From the NCBI RefSeq assembly GCF_009914755.1, contig NC_060943.1: 64,000 bases of DNA; one strand, given 5' to 3'. The translations under genes and the position numbers were made by a program. Shown piece after piece: positions 20,900 to 42,642 of the stretch (its first letter is position 1; each line of letters starts with the position of its first letter). The notes under the pieces were generated by a model. The model saw nothing but the letters and a program-made list of their open reading frames with translations. It did not search any database and was not told the origin of the DNA. Source of the stretch: the human T2T-CHM13v2.0 reference genome, Homo sapiens.

Positions 20900-23434
20900 T
20901 AGAGTGCTGCTGTGGCAAATGGGGTTCACATAAAATGTAAGCTGTGCTCTGGGCTGTGCCTCAGTGGCAGATGGTAGCGGTAAAGAGAGGACACTAGCAA
21001 CTAGGAGAAAGTAAACAGGAGTGCTGTAGCCCAGTGCCAGGGAGTACAGAGCCACTGCTCTAAAATGTAAATAGCCAAAAAGAACACTATTCAGCCATTT
21101 TTGTAGCAGAGTGAAAGCCTAGCTTCAGCAGACACCTGGCTTCAAGCTGCTAAACCAACTCCTGTTATGAAGATGTGAAAAGTTTATTTGTCATTGAATA
21201 TAAGCAATTAGTATACACAGATGGCCTCTTCAGTATCCAGGTGAATTTAGGATGAACTATATATGACATGGTGCTGAAAATTCTTCTACTTGTGGACTAA
21301 TTATGATGACCATCTTTCTGACTTTGCAGTCTCTTAAGCAGATTGATGATGATGTATGTCACATTCAAGTTTAATTGTGTAATAAGACCATTTTCTTTCT
21401 GTTCTATTATTGTGGAGTTTCTCTGAAAATAGAGAAAATTTTTCTTTTAATTATTGTTTCCACAGAGTGTCTAGAATTACCAGACATGATATAAACACAT
21501 AAGGTGCCAACCAGAATTTACTGTAGAGGGGACTTTCCCTCTCAGACTTTGAGTCAGCCCATACTTGCGCAGCAAAATGCATGCTGTCCATTAAATATGC
21601 ACGTGGAATTTTGTCTCTGCCTATTTGGTATTGATAGTTCCTCTACTGTCACTTCTAGAGAGGCTAGACCCAATTTCTACAAACTTCACAGGGCAGCAAT
21701 TAATTAATCATTTAACCTTTTTCAGTGACTCTTGTATCTTCAGATTTGAAACTGATTCAGAAACTATGGAGCCCAGAAACCCAATCAGAGTAACATGTGT
21801 GTGCTGAGTAGACATAGAGACATGAGAATCTCCACTTTCCCCTTCCTCCTCTTGCTAAATGCTCACAAATGTACAGGTAAACACCTGTGGCTACTCCAGT
21901 CGTTCAGGCCCTAAACTTGAAGCTCCAAATTTTGAATCCAGGTCTTGAGATTTGGGGGAAAAAAAAACTTACCTAAGAAATGCAAGTCCCTTTGGTTATC
22001 AAACTCAGACATTAAAATGAAAGTACTGTTATGTCTTTCTCCCCCCTTTGAACTATGTATTCATCTCTTGAAACTGTTCACTATTGCCACAAGTAATTAT
22101 AAATTAAACTAATAATGCCACATTAGACACTATATCCCATACCCTAAACCATAATAATATATATGTAATCAATAATCGATGTTATTTCTGTAAATAAATA
22201 AAAATTTCTGACAATCAACTTTGTATCAGCCCACTCTCTGTCCCTGTCTTGTTGTCTTTACAAATTGTCTTGTAACTGCTGGTAATCAAAATGCAGATTC
22301 CAGGCAACTTGAATCTTTGCTCCCAGGTTATAATCCTTAAGCTTGACCCAAGTAAACTATCTACTTATATTCATGTTCTTTCAGCTTTTTTTTTTTTTTT
22401 TCATGTAGACTTACCATTTAGAATGTGCTAGAGTAGTCTCTATGAGGGGATCTCTCCTTTGATTGTATTCCACTTGCTGTAACACCAAAGGATGCAGAGC
22501 CAGGTGGATCCTACCTGGAATCTGCAGATAAGGTCTGGCCTCTGCCTGGGATTTACAAGAAAGGACCAGAACTTGGATTGAGAATGTACAGAAAATGAAC
22601 AAAAGTCATTTTCTGCATTGTGAATGTAAACATAGACATCTTACAGCCCCCATTTGGGAGTGTGGCTCTTTGAGATTTTCACATCTTGTTCATTGACCTG
22701 CTACAGTTATGTGAGGGGCTCCAGGAGAAATAGACTCAGATGGCAGAATCTGTAAGTGTAAATAAGCATCTTAGGAGTGAGAGATCGGGGCCACAAAGTA
22801 TCCAGAGCCATGACCACAATTATATTTAGCTGTAAAATGTAATACTAGAGTAGAGTATTTTTGATCTTTCTCTTACCCAAGAGCTAGCAAATCAGAATGG
22901 GTGATCCAGGTTCTGGAGCTCCACCAGGGCAGTTCCATTTTCTATTCAGAGTTAGCCTGAGTCTCTCCAGCCTGGCTTATCATTGGGCCATGAGGCCTGG
23001 GTCACTGGGAATCTCTCACAATCACCCAGGTGTCTTTGAGGCATTTGAGGATGTCCAGAGCAGAATTTTGTCAGGCTGACAAGAGTGGTTAATTCTGCTT
23101 CTGTCTCAGTGTAAGAGAAATGAGTCATCCTGTGTTTGTTCATTCCCTCATACAAGAGATATCTTTGGTTGGTACCCCGATGACAGCTTCTCCAGTTTCC
23201 TGGTACTTGGATAATAAGGAGAAGATCTGGAGACCCAGATAGATAAACTAGCTCCTTCCACTTCATATGGGCATTAAAAAAATACATGAAGCAGTCATAG
23301 TTCCTACAATCCAGAAACTTTTAGTCTAGACTAGCTACTGGATAAGTAATTGAAGTGTGCATCATATGGTTGGTATAATAAATAGATGTGTTAAAAATCT
23401 TGGGCTTTAGACCACTTTCTTTATATTGTTGTGA

Positions 23435-23644
<210 letters not shown>

Positions 23645-26600
23645 TAGCTAATTTTTGTATTTTTACTAGAGGCGGGGTTTCATCATCTGGATCAGGCTGG
23701 TCTTTAACTGCTTGACCTCGTTCTGCACCCGCCTTGGTCTCCCAAAGTCTTGAGATTACAAGCATGACCCACCGCGCTTGGCCGTATATTTTCTATTTCT
23801 TTTACCTTGCTAACTGTAGATATTTATTTTCTAATAAAATTACCCTAGAAAACCTTAAGGGATTTGTTTAAGTTGCATACTAGTATATAGTATAAAGTTG
23901 TCAGGGCAGTGACTAGAAAAGATAAAAACTACAGAAACTCTGGGATTTAAGTTTCTTTTAGGTAAGCTTAGAAACAAAACAAAACTGGAAGTTTCCTAGT
24001 TGCATAGAGAACAGAATTCTACATAGGGTTCTCACCCTGCCCCAGACGTGTTCAGATTCATCCTTTTTGGAGACCTTAGTTAGGTCTGAACCTACCCTGG
24101 AGTATTGCCTCACAGAACTCATTAAAGGAGATCAGAGTTTTGGCTGCTGAATCCTGCTGCCTTTCTAGAGCTGGTGCTCACAATTTCCTGAAATTCAAAA
24201 GCAGATAAATCGGGAAAAAAAGTATGTTTTGTAAGGTGTTTGTTTTTAAATTTTTTATTAAAACCAGTGCTTGCAGAGACATTGTATTTAGCAACTTGTT
24301 TTCTATTCCTGCAGATCCAGTAGTTGCTGCACAAGTCAAAAAAGTAAATATAAACAGAATGAAATTTTCTCTAGACTACATTAAACTCTTCTGTATCTCT
24401 TTCATCTGTCTATATTTAGCTTTTATTCTATACAATTTTTTAAAAAATTTGATGACAGAGAAACAGAAGAAAAAATAAAAATGGGCCCTTTATCTAAATC
24501 CTGAAAATTAAGAAACACTTAGTACCAGCTCCCCGGGTGTTAAGAGAATTAAATCATATAATGTGTTATGCCCAGCACCGTGCTCTGTATCATACTCTAG
24601 CACATAGTGCCTGCTTAATAAACATTGCATTAGTACCTGTGTACATGTTCTTTTTAAAATACAGACTTATTCAGATATTGCTGTCTTCTGTTTCCTCTGT
24701 AAATTTTAAAGAGCCAGCAAAAAATATAAAACTTTTAAATGGAATGGGCTGTCCTTATTTTTACTAGAAGTATTTGGTTATGGCAAGAGTGCTAAGTGTA
24801 AGGGACCCTGTGCTGTTCCTGCTTTCTCTAACTAATGCTCATAATGAGCCAGTGGGGAGCAACATCAGCATTGACAGGGGACTTGTTTAAAACACTCATT
24901 CATAAACCCTCTTCAAACATACAGAATCACATTACAGAATGTGCGGCCACAATTATCAAGTGATTTATAAGCTCGTTAAAGCTTGAGAGGCAATGCTTAG
25001 CTTAGTGGTTATCAGCCCAGGCTTCTCATTAGGATCACATGACCAATTTGCTGAAATCTCTTGTACCCTCCCCACAGCTTCTGTTTATTGTTGTGGGTGG
25101 AAGCATCCATGTTTTTTTAATGAAGTGCCTCATGTGACTCTAAGGTGATTCCAGAATCAAGTATAAGGGCTTTAAAATATATTCATGAGAGTTAAATTCC
25201 ACCTGTGAACTAGAGGGTGGTCACAGGGCCTATTCTATTTGGGTTTGGTAGGGACAGGTAAGTGTGGTGCATATTTCCATTACTGTAGCAAAAGTTGCTG
25301 GTGTCTATGGCAGGGGAGGGCACCTGAGGACAGGAAAGGAGAAACTTATATTTTTATCTTCATGGAGCAGTTCATTGTTCCCGAATCTCTTCTGTTTTAA
25401 AGGACAGAAATGGGTGGCTTTTTCTGTCTTTTTCTGCCAGAAGATGTCATGCTAGCAGGTAAACATGTGGTACACCTTTAAAGGCATATTCTCCAGATGC
25501 AGGTGTAATTTGTACAGAGAATCTCATCTGAGAAGAAACTCCAGGGAAGGAGGAGAAAGAAAAAAAAATGGCTTTTCTTCAGGTAAACATGTGTCAGATG
25601 AAGAGCTGTGTCCACTCTGCCTCCTGGACTGCCATGCGTTTAGTACTCACAAACCTTTACTTCTCTACTTTTGTTTTTCCTCCGTGAGTTTGATTTAACT
25701 ACTTCTTAAAATTCCTATGATGGTCAAGGATCTTTGAAAAATATTTCTTTTTTATATCCCACAGACTTCTCTACATTCTGTTTGTCATAGCTTCTTATAT
25801 GCCATGCAGAATTATCAGCAAGAATTTATGATCCACATTATTAAAAATATTCCCTTTGTGGCTGTTGAACACAGAAAGATGTGGGTACTCAAGATTCCTA
25901 TTGGGGAAAACTGTGGTCCTTAGTAAAGATGGTAAAGTAAAAGCCTCCACTCGTGTTCCATTAGCTATATGCAGAAGATAATTCAGAAAATGCTTATTTA
26001 AATGGGATAGAATTTATTACCCAGAATGTTCTGAAAAAAATTATTAGGAGATACTTGCTCTCTAGGGTGCTAAATGAAGCCTATTTAAAATTACTACTAA
26101 AAATTACAGAACATAGGAGTTAACTGTATTTTGGAGTTTGCATAAAACTGATGTTTCTTTATGGTTAAATTCAGATTATAATTTACGTTATTTGGGAGGA
26201 ATATTTCAACAGTGATACTGTGTTCTGTGTGCATTAACACATCAGAAAAATTTGTCCTAGTGCAGTTAATGGTTAATGATTCACTTGGTGAAGTAGCTCT
26301 CTCTCACAGATTTTTTCACTATAGTTAATTATTTTTCTCTTCATTATTAAGCATCCTTATCCAGCGGATTTGCATAAACCATCACATTTAATCTGTCAGT
26401 TGTCCTTTTTTCTTTTTTTTTCTATATAGTTTTCTATGGAAGATGAAGGCTGTTATCTTTGTTTACAGGCCACAAAAACTTGGAAAAACACAGGCTCTTC
26501 CACTTACTGGATGTTTGACAAAATATCCTTCTCGGGCCAAAAACATTGACATTTTTGGTGAGCTTGTTAGAAATTCAAAAAATCAGACTTCATTCCAGAT

Positions 26601-26879
26601 CTTCTGGGAAAAAACCCCCGCATAACAAGGTCTTCAGCTTATTGTACATATTAAAATTTGAGAGGTGACTTCTAACTCAACATGTCTTTTCCATATGAAA
26701 CATATTCACATCTCATTCTGTATGATGTAAATATAGCACTCAAAAATGTACATGTTCATGTTCATGCCCTTAATTTTATACTTTATTATCTAGAAAAATA
26801 TCATATATGAACTGATGTTGTGGATCTAATGCTGCCCTTTTTTTCTCAGATAATACATTAGAGAATATTTCTGTGTTGA

Positions 26880-27161
<282 letters not shown>

Positions 27162-27398
27162 TAATTCATAATACACCCTAAAGGTTTTATTTCTCTTTTT
27201 TGTAGAATGTTTTTTAGTAATTTATTCTTTGCATAAAGGAGTTTCAGATCCATTTTTTCCAGAAAATCTTCAGAATTTGTTCATTTAGAAAAGAATTTCT
27301 TCAGTGCCTCTTGCCTGTATAGTTCTGACTTTGGGAGGCTAGGGCGGAGGAGATTGCCTGAGGCGAGGAGTTCGAGACCAGCCTGGCCAACATGGTCA

Positions 27399-27653
<255 letters not shown>

Positions 27654-27724
27654 TCACTCTAAATTAGTGGTAATTACAGAAATTTACTGACGTAAAATAT
27701 TGTAGCCCCCACCTGAAAATCTAA

Positions 27725-28036
<312 letters not shown>

Positions 28037-28260
28037 TGATCCGCCCGCCTTGGCCTCCCCCTGATCTCATGATCCACCTGCTTTGGCCTCCCAAATTGCT
28101 GGGATCACAGGCGTGAGCCACTGCACCCGGCAAATTGAAAGTATTGTTTAAATATCTATAAATTTCTGTTATAAATTTGTATTTTGGTATTAATTTACTA
28201 GAATATTTTATCACATCGTCTTTGCTGAGCACATTACTAGCTTGTAATTGGAGAATATGA

Positions 28261-28401
<141 letters not shown>

Positions 28402-29902
28402 TGAAAATGAATACAACAGACAACACAGTAAGAGGTCCCAAGGCCAAAGAGAAAGCCAGTCCTTAAAATGTGATTCGGGAAGCTGTGTTCCAAAGGAAAT
28501 AGTTCCTGGGCAGCTGTTTTTTGTTTTTGTTTCTGTTTTTTAATTTTGTTCTCACAAAGGGACATCTTCCGTTTTATGCTTTTAAATTCTCTAAGGATTC
28601 TACTTTTGTTTTGGTGAGCTTCCTTCAAGTTCTCAGTGAGAGCCACAGTCCTCTTGATGGCATATAAGAGATTATACAATCTGGCTGCTTTTCCATTCTT
28701 TTGGGGACACAAAAATATTTGCATGATTTTGAAAAACTAAAACTACTTTTTAGTTCTATTTTTGCATCAGGTCTAAAATGTGTGAGAGTAGTTTCTGTTG
28801 CATTTTTTTGTTCATTTTTCTTTATAGTCCATTCTATTTTTATTACTACATAGTTTTTAAGTATAGTTTGCAATTATACATATGATATGCTTCTGCTTTG
28901 TTCTTTTTCCTCAAGATTGCTTTGGCTATTCACACTTTTATTGTAGTTTCATGTAAATTTTAGAATTGTATTTTCCATTACTGTGAAAAAAATACCACTG
29001 CAATTTTGATAGGAAGTTTATTGAATCTGTAGATTACTTTGGATAATATGACACTTTAATAATACTTATTCTTCAAGTTATAGACATAAAATATTTTAAA
29101 ATTTATTTGGATCTTCTAATTTTTTTATTGTAAAGATTTTTTATCTCTTAGTTAATTTTTTTCCCAGTAGTTTTTTTTAATGCTACATTAAATAAGATTT
29201 TTCTTCCTCTATTTTGTCAAATAGTTTCTTTTAAGTGCATGAAACCATTCATATACTTGTGTGTTAATTTTCTGTTTTGGTAATTTACTATTTACTGAGT
29301 GTATTTATTAGTTTAGACAGCTTTTTAAATTTTTTTTATTTTTTGACAGTTTCGCTCTTGTTGCCCAGGTTGGAGTGCAGTGGCACGATCTCAGCTCACC
29401 ACCACCACACCTGGCTAATTTTGTATTTTTAGTAGAGATGGGGTTTCACCATGTTGGTCAGAGTGGTCTCAAACTCCCAACCTCAGGTGATCCACCCGCC
29501 TTGGCCTTTCAATGTGCTGGGATTACAGGCATGAGCCACCACGCCTAGCTAGACAGTTTTTAATATACTGTTTATGGTTTTTAAAATATGAGATTGTATG
29601 ATCTACAAACAGCAACTTTTTACTTATTTTTCTTCAATTTCAGTGACTTTCTTTCCTTCCTTCCTTCCTTCCTTCTTTCTTTTTTTTTCTTTTTTTTAAT
29701 TATACTTTAAGTCCTAGTGTAGATGTGCACATCGTGCAGGTTTGTTACACATGTATACATGTGCCATGTTGGTGTGCTGCACCCATTAAGTCGTCATTTA
29801 CATTAGGTGTATCTCCTAATGCTATCCCTCCCCCGTCCCCCCACCCCACAACAGGCCCCAGTGTGTGATGTTCTCCTTCCTGTGTCCAAGTGTTCTCATT
29901 GT

Positions 29903-33719
<3,817 letters not shown>

Positions 33720-33782
33720 TATGATGTTAGCTAGTTATTTTGCTCATTCGTTGATGCAGTTTCTTCTTAGCCTCGATGGTCT

Positions 33783-34789
33783 TTACTATTTGGCATGTTT
33801 TTGCAGTGGCTGGTACCAGTTGTTCCTTTCCATGTTTAGTGCTTCCTTCAGGAGCTCTTGTAGAGCAGGCCTGGTGGTGACAAAATCTCTCAGCATTTGC
33901 TTGTCTGTAAAGGATTTTATTTCTCCTTCACTGATGAAGCTTAGTTTGGCTGGGTATGAAATTCTGGGTTAAAAATTCTTTTCTTTAAGAATGTTGAATA
34001 TTGGCCCCCACTCTCTTCTGGCTTGTAGAGTTTCTGCCGAGAGGTCAGCTGTTAGTCTGATGGGCTTCCCTTTGTGGGTAACCTGACCTTTCTCTCTGGC
34101 TGCCCTTTTTTCCTTCATTTCAACTTTGGTGAATCTGACAATTATGTGTCTTGGAGTTGCTCTTCTTGAGGAGTATCTTTGTGGCATTCTCTGTATTTCC
34201 TGAATTTGAATGTTGGGCTGCCTTGCTAGATTGGGGAAGTTCTCCTGGATAATATCCTGCAGAGTGTTTTCCAGCTTGGTTCCATTCTCCCCATCACTTT
34301 CAGGTACACTAATCAGATGTAGATTTGGTCTTTTCACATAGTCTCATATTTCTTGGAGGCTTTGTTCATTTCTTTTTATTCTTTTTTCTCTAAACTTCCC
34401 TTCTCGCTTCATTTCATTCATTTGATCATCCATCACTGACACCCTTTCTTCCAGTTGATCAAATCAGCTACTGATGCTTATGCATTTGTCACATAGTTCT
34501 CGTGCCATGGTTTTCAGCTCCATCAGGTCCTTTAAGGACTTCTCTGCATTGGTTCCTTTAGTTAGCCATTCGTCTAATCTTTTTTCAAGGTTTTTAACTT
34601 CTTTGCCATGGGTTTGAACTTCCTCCTTTAGCTTGGAGAAGTTTGATCGTCTGAAGCCTTCTCTTAACTCATCAAAGTCATTCTCCATTCAGCTTTGTTC
34701 CATTGCTGGTGAGGAGCTGTGTTCCTTTGGAGGGGGAGAGGCACTCTGATTTTTATAATTTTCAGTTTTTCTGCTCTGTTTTTCCCCAT
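33783..34789 (-). pseudogene. L1 ORF1, disrupted
   Basis: ATG at 34789. Fragments ENDFDELREGFRRSN and KRPNLHLISVPESDGENGTKLENTLQDIIQENFPNLARQ lie in different frames. Confidence 0.9.
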
Positions 34790-34914
34790 CTTTGTGGTTT
34801 TATCTACCTTTGGTCTTTGATGATGGTGACATACAGATGGGGTTTTGGTGTGGATGTCCTTTCTGTTTGTTAGTTTTCCTTCTAACAGTCAGGACCCTCA
34901 GCTGCAGGTCCGTT

Positions 34915-35046
34915 GGAGTTTGCTGGAGGTCCACTCCAGACCCTGTTTGCCTGGGTATCAGCAGCGGAGGCTGCAGAACAGCGAATATTGGTGAACAGCA
35001 AATGTTGCTGCTCCAGAGATCATTCCTCTGGAAGTTTCATCTCAGA
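34915..35046 (-). promoter_or_regulatory. L1 5'UTR segment that younger L1s lost (129-bp deletion region), containing the ZNF93-type motif CAGCAGCGGAGGCTGCAG (34959-34976, + strand)
   Basis: About 130 bp are present between gggtaccc and aacggacctgcagctgagg, which are directly joined in L1PA2/L1HS. Confidence 0.8.
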
Positions 35047-35760
35047 GGGGTACCCGGCCGTGTGAGGTGTCAATCTGCTCCTACTTGGGGGTGCCTTCCA
35101 GTTAGGCTACTCAGGGGTCAGGGACCCACTTGAATAGGCAGTCTGTCTGTTCTCAGATCTCAAGCTCCATGCTGGGAGAACCACTACTGTCTTCCAAGCT
35201 GTCAGAGGTTTCTCCTGCAATTTTGTTTGGCTATGCCCTGCCCCCAGAGGTGGAGTCTACAGAGGCAGGCAGGCCTCCTTGAGCTGTGGTGGGCTCCACG
35301 CAGTTCGAGCTTCCTGGATGCTTTGTTTACCTACTCAAGCCTCAGCAATGGCAGGCGCCCCTCCCCCAGCCTCGCTGGTGCCTTAAAGTTTGATCTCAGA
35401 CTGCTGTGCTAGCAATGAGCGAGGCTCCATGGGTGTAGGACCCTCTGAGCCAGGCATGGGATATAATCTCCTGGTTTGCCATTTGCTAAGACTGTCAGAA
35501 AAGTGCAGTATTAGGGTGGGAGTGACCCAATTTTCCAGGTGCTGTCTGTCACCCCTTTCCTTGGCTAGGAAAGAGAATTCCCTGATCCCTTGCACTTCCC
35601 AGGTGAGGTGATGCCTCGCCCTGCTTCGGCTCACACTTGGTGTGCTGCACCCATTGTCCTGCACCCCTTGTCCGACAATTCCCAGTGAGATGAACCCGGT
35701 ACCTCAGTTGGAGATGCAGAAATCATCCGTCTTCTGTGTTGCTCACACTGGGAGCTGTAG

Positions 35761-36135
<375 letters not shown>

Positions 36136-39100
36136 TAGTTCTGTGAATAATTTTCTGTCACATACTTCTAGTGCTACATTCAAATAGATGTATTGCCAAT
36201 GGACACAATATAGTTTTGTATTGGTGTCTGAATATGATGGAGCAAACACCTCTTCAAGTTTTCATAAACCGATTTTTGAAGCATTTCCTCAGGTAACTGT
36301 GTGGGTTTCTTTTTTTCTTTCTTTTTTTTTTTCTCTTTTTTTGAGGTGGGGTTTCATTCCTGTTGCCCAGGCTGAAGTGCAATGGTGCAATCTAGGCTCA
36401 CTGCAACCTCCACCTCCTGGGTTCAAGAGATTCTCCTGCCTCAGCCTCCCAAGTAGCTGGAATTACAGGCATGTGCCACCACACCCGGGTGATTTTGTAT
36501 TTTTAGTAGAGAGGGGGTTTCTCCATATTGGTCAGGCTGGTCTCCCAACTCCTGACCTCAGGTGATCCACCTGCCTCAGCCTCCCAAAGTGCTGGAATTA
36601 CAGGCATGAGGCACCCCGCCTGGCCCAACTGTGTGGATTTCTATGTAGACAGAACTGACCATAAACTGTGGTTCAGGCAACTGAAATTGAATCATTGATT
36701 TGCTTCAGGGAACGCAGTAAAAGCGAAGGTCTGTAGGCCTGCCTACATGGCTGTACATGGATGCCTTTATTCAGGTCTCTGGAATGGCACGACCTCTCCC
36801 AGACTGTGGCTGGGATGAGTTTGGGATGGTTACAGAGTAAGTTCAGAATTCTCAGTGAGACCAAGTTGGCTGAACTCTATCCTGGGCTGTAGCCAAGAAC
36901 AGGGGTCCTGTAGTTTCCCACCTGAATGAAGGCCTCCCTTCTGAATAGAACACGTCCAATCTTCAGCTTTAACAGCATTTCACAACTCCCTCCCCGGATC
37001 TCAAATTTCTGTTAGAGGCACTTATTTTGGAGATGTCATCTTGCTACATAATCCAGGCTGGTCTCAAAATCCTGACCTGAAGCAGTTCTCAAACCTTAAT
37101 GTACCGTGGAGCTGTCATTACAGTTGTGAACCATAATGCCTGGTTTTCTCATAAAGGCATGTTTGTCAAGGATGGTTGAGATCTTTTTTGCTGTAAGGGG
37201 ATATGAAAATAGGGCACTTTTAATCTTTTCATCTTACTGATGTCACTCTCCCTGTAGATTTTTACTTTCTATTTTCTACTTCAAATTTGTCTGTAATTTG
37301 AGATTCAGATATTTAGGACAATATGCTAGAATTTGCATGGTATGCCTCAAGTAAATTAGATAATTAGTAGGCACTCCATATTTACGAAAATAGTTACTTG
37401 TAAATTTCAGTTTGCTGCAGGCAAAAAGGAATTAAAGGATTTTCATCTACTTACTTTAACCTATATCTAAATAATAATATACTTTATTTTCTAATATTTG
37501 TTTTACATATCAGAGGGTCTAACCCTATTCTGCAAAATATGTATTTTCTTTATTTAAAAATGTAAGACTACTCTTTGCTTCTAAAATTGGATTACAGCAG
37601 TTTCATTTTGTGTAAGAATAGCATATATTTAAAACAAAAGTAACTCTAGGTTCTTTTAAATGCTAATTTATTAAGTTTCTTATTAGAATCTTCTATTTAT
37701 AATTATACGGCATATTCTCTGAAATTTTACTGCCATACAGTGCATACCAATGATTCAAAATACCTGCACTTCATGAGTACAAACTAAAAGCTAAATATTG
37801 CAGTTACCTAGAATTTTTTTTTTTTTTTTTTTTAGATGGAGTCAATCTCTGTCATCCAGGCTAGCGTGCAGTGGTGCGGTCTTGGCTCACTGCAACCTCC
37901 ACCTCCAGGTTCAAGCCATTCTCGTGCCTCAGTCTCCCAAGTAGATGGGATTACAGGCATGTGTCCCCACACCCAGCTAAATTTTGTATTATTAGTAGAG
38001 ACGGGGCTTCACTACATTGGCCAGGCAGGTCTTGAACTCCTGACCTCAGGTGATCCACTCGCCTTGGCCTCCCAAAATGCTGAGATAACAGACATGAGCC
38101 ACTGCACCCAGCCTGACAATTATTTTTTTTGTGATACATCAATGTTGCATACTAGATTTTATGAGGAAACATTTCTATTATTGTTTCAAAGTTCCATATT
38201 AGTGTGTTTTCTCAGTGTAGGGTTTTTTTTTTTTCCGAGACAGAGTCTCACTCTGTCGCACAGGCTGGAGCGCAGTGGCGTGATCTTGCCTCACTGCAAC
38301 CTCTGCCTCCGGGGTTCAAGGGATTGTGGTTCGTGCCTCAGCCTCCCAAAGTGCTAAGATTACAGGTGTGAGCCACTGCACCCAGCCTCATTGTAGGTTT
38401 CTTAACATTAGTTTCTTGTGTTTTTTGGTTTTACTTAAGTATTATAATTTTAGACAATTTGTAATTCTGTTGGTACACTTTAAGTCAATTTGAGGTTTAA
38501 TTAAGAAATAAATTATGCATGTCTATCAATCAGATTATATATGTATATGTGTATATCTATAAATATGACTCCAATTTTAGTTATGGCTTATATTCTTTCT
38601 TAGCTGATTTTCGATGGTAGTTTTATCTTGTCTAAGTGAGAGTCATGGAGATAGTCTTATTTTCACCATGTGTTTAATGATTAATGTATATTTCTTTTTG
38701 TGAAAGAAACACTTTTGTGATTTGAAGGTAATTTTCAAAAAGATTTATAATTCTGTATTTTTTTCAGTTTTTCTTTAAAAACATTGTTTTAAAAACACAT
38801 AACATAAAATTTACCATCTTAAATTTATTGAAGTTTATATTTCAGGGCCAGGTGTGGTTGTGGTGCTCATGTGTAATCCCAGGATTTTGGGAGGTCAAGC
38901 CAAGAGGATCCCTGGAGCCCAAAAGTTTGAGAACAGCCTGGGCAACATATGGAGACCCCTCTCTATGAAAAAAATTTAATAATAGCCAGGCATGGTGGTG
39001 TGCAGCTGTGGTCCCAGCTACTTGGGAGATTGAAGGGAGTCAAAATTGTGCCACTACACTCCAGCTTGGGTGACAGAGTGAGACCCTATCTCAAAAAAAG

Positions 39101-40677
39101 CTGTTCATTTCAGGCATGTTAAGTATATTCACATTGTTATGCAAAAGACTTCTAGAAACTTAACATCTTGTAAAACTTAAATTCAATGTCCATTAAGTAA
39201 CAACTGCTCATTTTACCCTCTCTCCATACCTTGAGAGACAAGCCTTCTACTTTCTGTTTTTATGATTTTGACTACTTAAGATATCTCATAAGTGGAATCA
39301 TACAGTATCCATAATTTTGTTACTGGATTAATTCAGGTGACATAATATTCACAAGGTTCATCTAAAAAGGTGACAAGATTATTCTCTTTAAGGTGGAATA
39401 ATATTCCATTGTATGTATATGTTACATTTTTTAATATGTTTATAAGTCAAGAGACATCTAGGGTGCTTCAGCCTATTGGCTTTTGTGAATACTGATTACA
39501 ATAAACATGGATTTGCTTTGCTGCCCAGGCTAAAGTGCAGTGGTGCAATCTCAGCTCTCTGCAACCTCTGCCTTCTGGTTCAAGCAATTCTTGTACCTCA
39601 GCCTCCCAAGTAGCTGGGATTACATGTGCATGCCACATCGCCAAGCTAATTTTTATATTTTTAGTAGAGATGGTGTTTTACCATGTTGGCCAGGCTAGTC
39701 TCGAACTTCTGACCTCAGGTATCTGCCAACCTCACCCTCCCCAGTTGCTAGGATTACAGGCTTGAGACACTGCACCTGGCCTGTGTTAACATGTTTTGGA
39801 TATAGATTTATGAATACTTTTTTCCATTTATGTATTTTTATGTCTAAGTAGTTTATTTAAAATATGTTTTTGTATCATTCAAGAAAATAAGCCAACTTTA
39901 TCAGTGTTGATAATCAGTTCTTGAAGAGATTATTTTTCTCTATTTTGTAAACATGGCAACTTTGTGGAAAATCATTTGATCATATACAAAATGGTTCATT
40001 TCTGAGCTCTCTATTCTGTTCTTTCATCTGTTTATGTTTGTGTCAGTATCATATTGTTTATGTTACTGTAGCTTTTAACTGTAGGTTGTATTGATATCTT
40101 TGAAAAATGAAATTTTTGACCCCTGAGCAAGAATATATTGAAGAGTGTGTTTCATATTCACATATTTTTGAATTTGCCAGTTTGACTTTTGCTTTTTAAT
40201 TTCTAGTTTTATTCAGGTTTTATTAGAAAACAACCCAGTGCATAATTTTAGTGTTTTTAAATTGATTTGTTGTTGTTTTGAGACAAGATCTTACTGTCAC
40301 CCAGGCTGCAGTGCAGTGGCAGAATTTTAGCTTATTGTAGCCTCAACCTCCTGGGCTCAAGTGATTGTTCTTTCACCTCAGTTTTTTGAGTAGGTAGGAC
40401 TGTAGACATGCACTACCATGTAAGGCTAATTGTTTGCTTTTTTGTAGTGTTAGGATCTCACTATGTTGCCCAGGCTGGTCTCAAACTTTTGACACCAATG
40501 GATCTCCCAAAGTGTTAGGATTATAGGCAAGAGCCATGGCACCCAATCAGTATTTTTAAATTTAATAAAACTTGTTATGTGTCCTAACAGAATATACCAG
40601 GTGCAAATAAGAATATTGTGTATTATCTTGGTTTTGACTGGAGAGTTTTGTGTGTGTCTGTGAAGCCTAGTTGGTCT

Positions 40678-41092
40678 ATAATATGGTTTGGATGTCTATG
40701 TTGTCCAAATCTCATGCTGCAATATAAATCCTCAATGTTGGCTATGGGACCTGGTGGGACACGTTTGGGTCATTGGGGGCAAATTTCTCATGAATGGCTT
40801 GGTACATCCTCTCGGTAACCAAAAAGTTTACACTGTATCAATTCAAATAAGAGCTGGTTCATTAAAAGAACGTGGCTTCTTCACCTCATACTTGCTCTGT
40901 CTCTTACCATATAATATGTCCAGTTACTCTTTACCTTCCACCTTCATTTTAAGCTTTCTGAAATCCTCACCAGAAGCAGATGCTGGCACACACTTCTTAT
41001 ACACTCTGCCAAGCTGTGAGCCAAATAAACAATTTTTCTTTATAAATTATGCACTCTCAAGTATTTCTCTATATGCAAAAGAATCAATATAG
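40678..41092 (+). mobile_element. MST-type MaLR LTR
   Basis: atatggtttggatgt...aaatctcatg...ccagaagcagatgctggc...gctgtgagccaaataaac. Confidence 0.7.
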
Positions 41093-41326
41093 TCTATAAT
41101 GTTGTCTAAGTTTTTTGGTTGTTATTTTTTACCTGAATTTTCTATTATTGCAAACTGGGTCTTGATGTCTACAGTCATTATGTTGCTATGTATATCTCGC
41201 TTCACTTTTATCAATATTTGCTTTATATATTTTGGAGCTCTGATGTTATGTACACATATACATATAGATAGATAAATATTTTAGTTATACATTCCTGCTA
41301 AATCAACTCACTTTACCATCATATAA

Positions 41327-42642
<1,316 letters not shown>

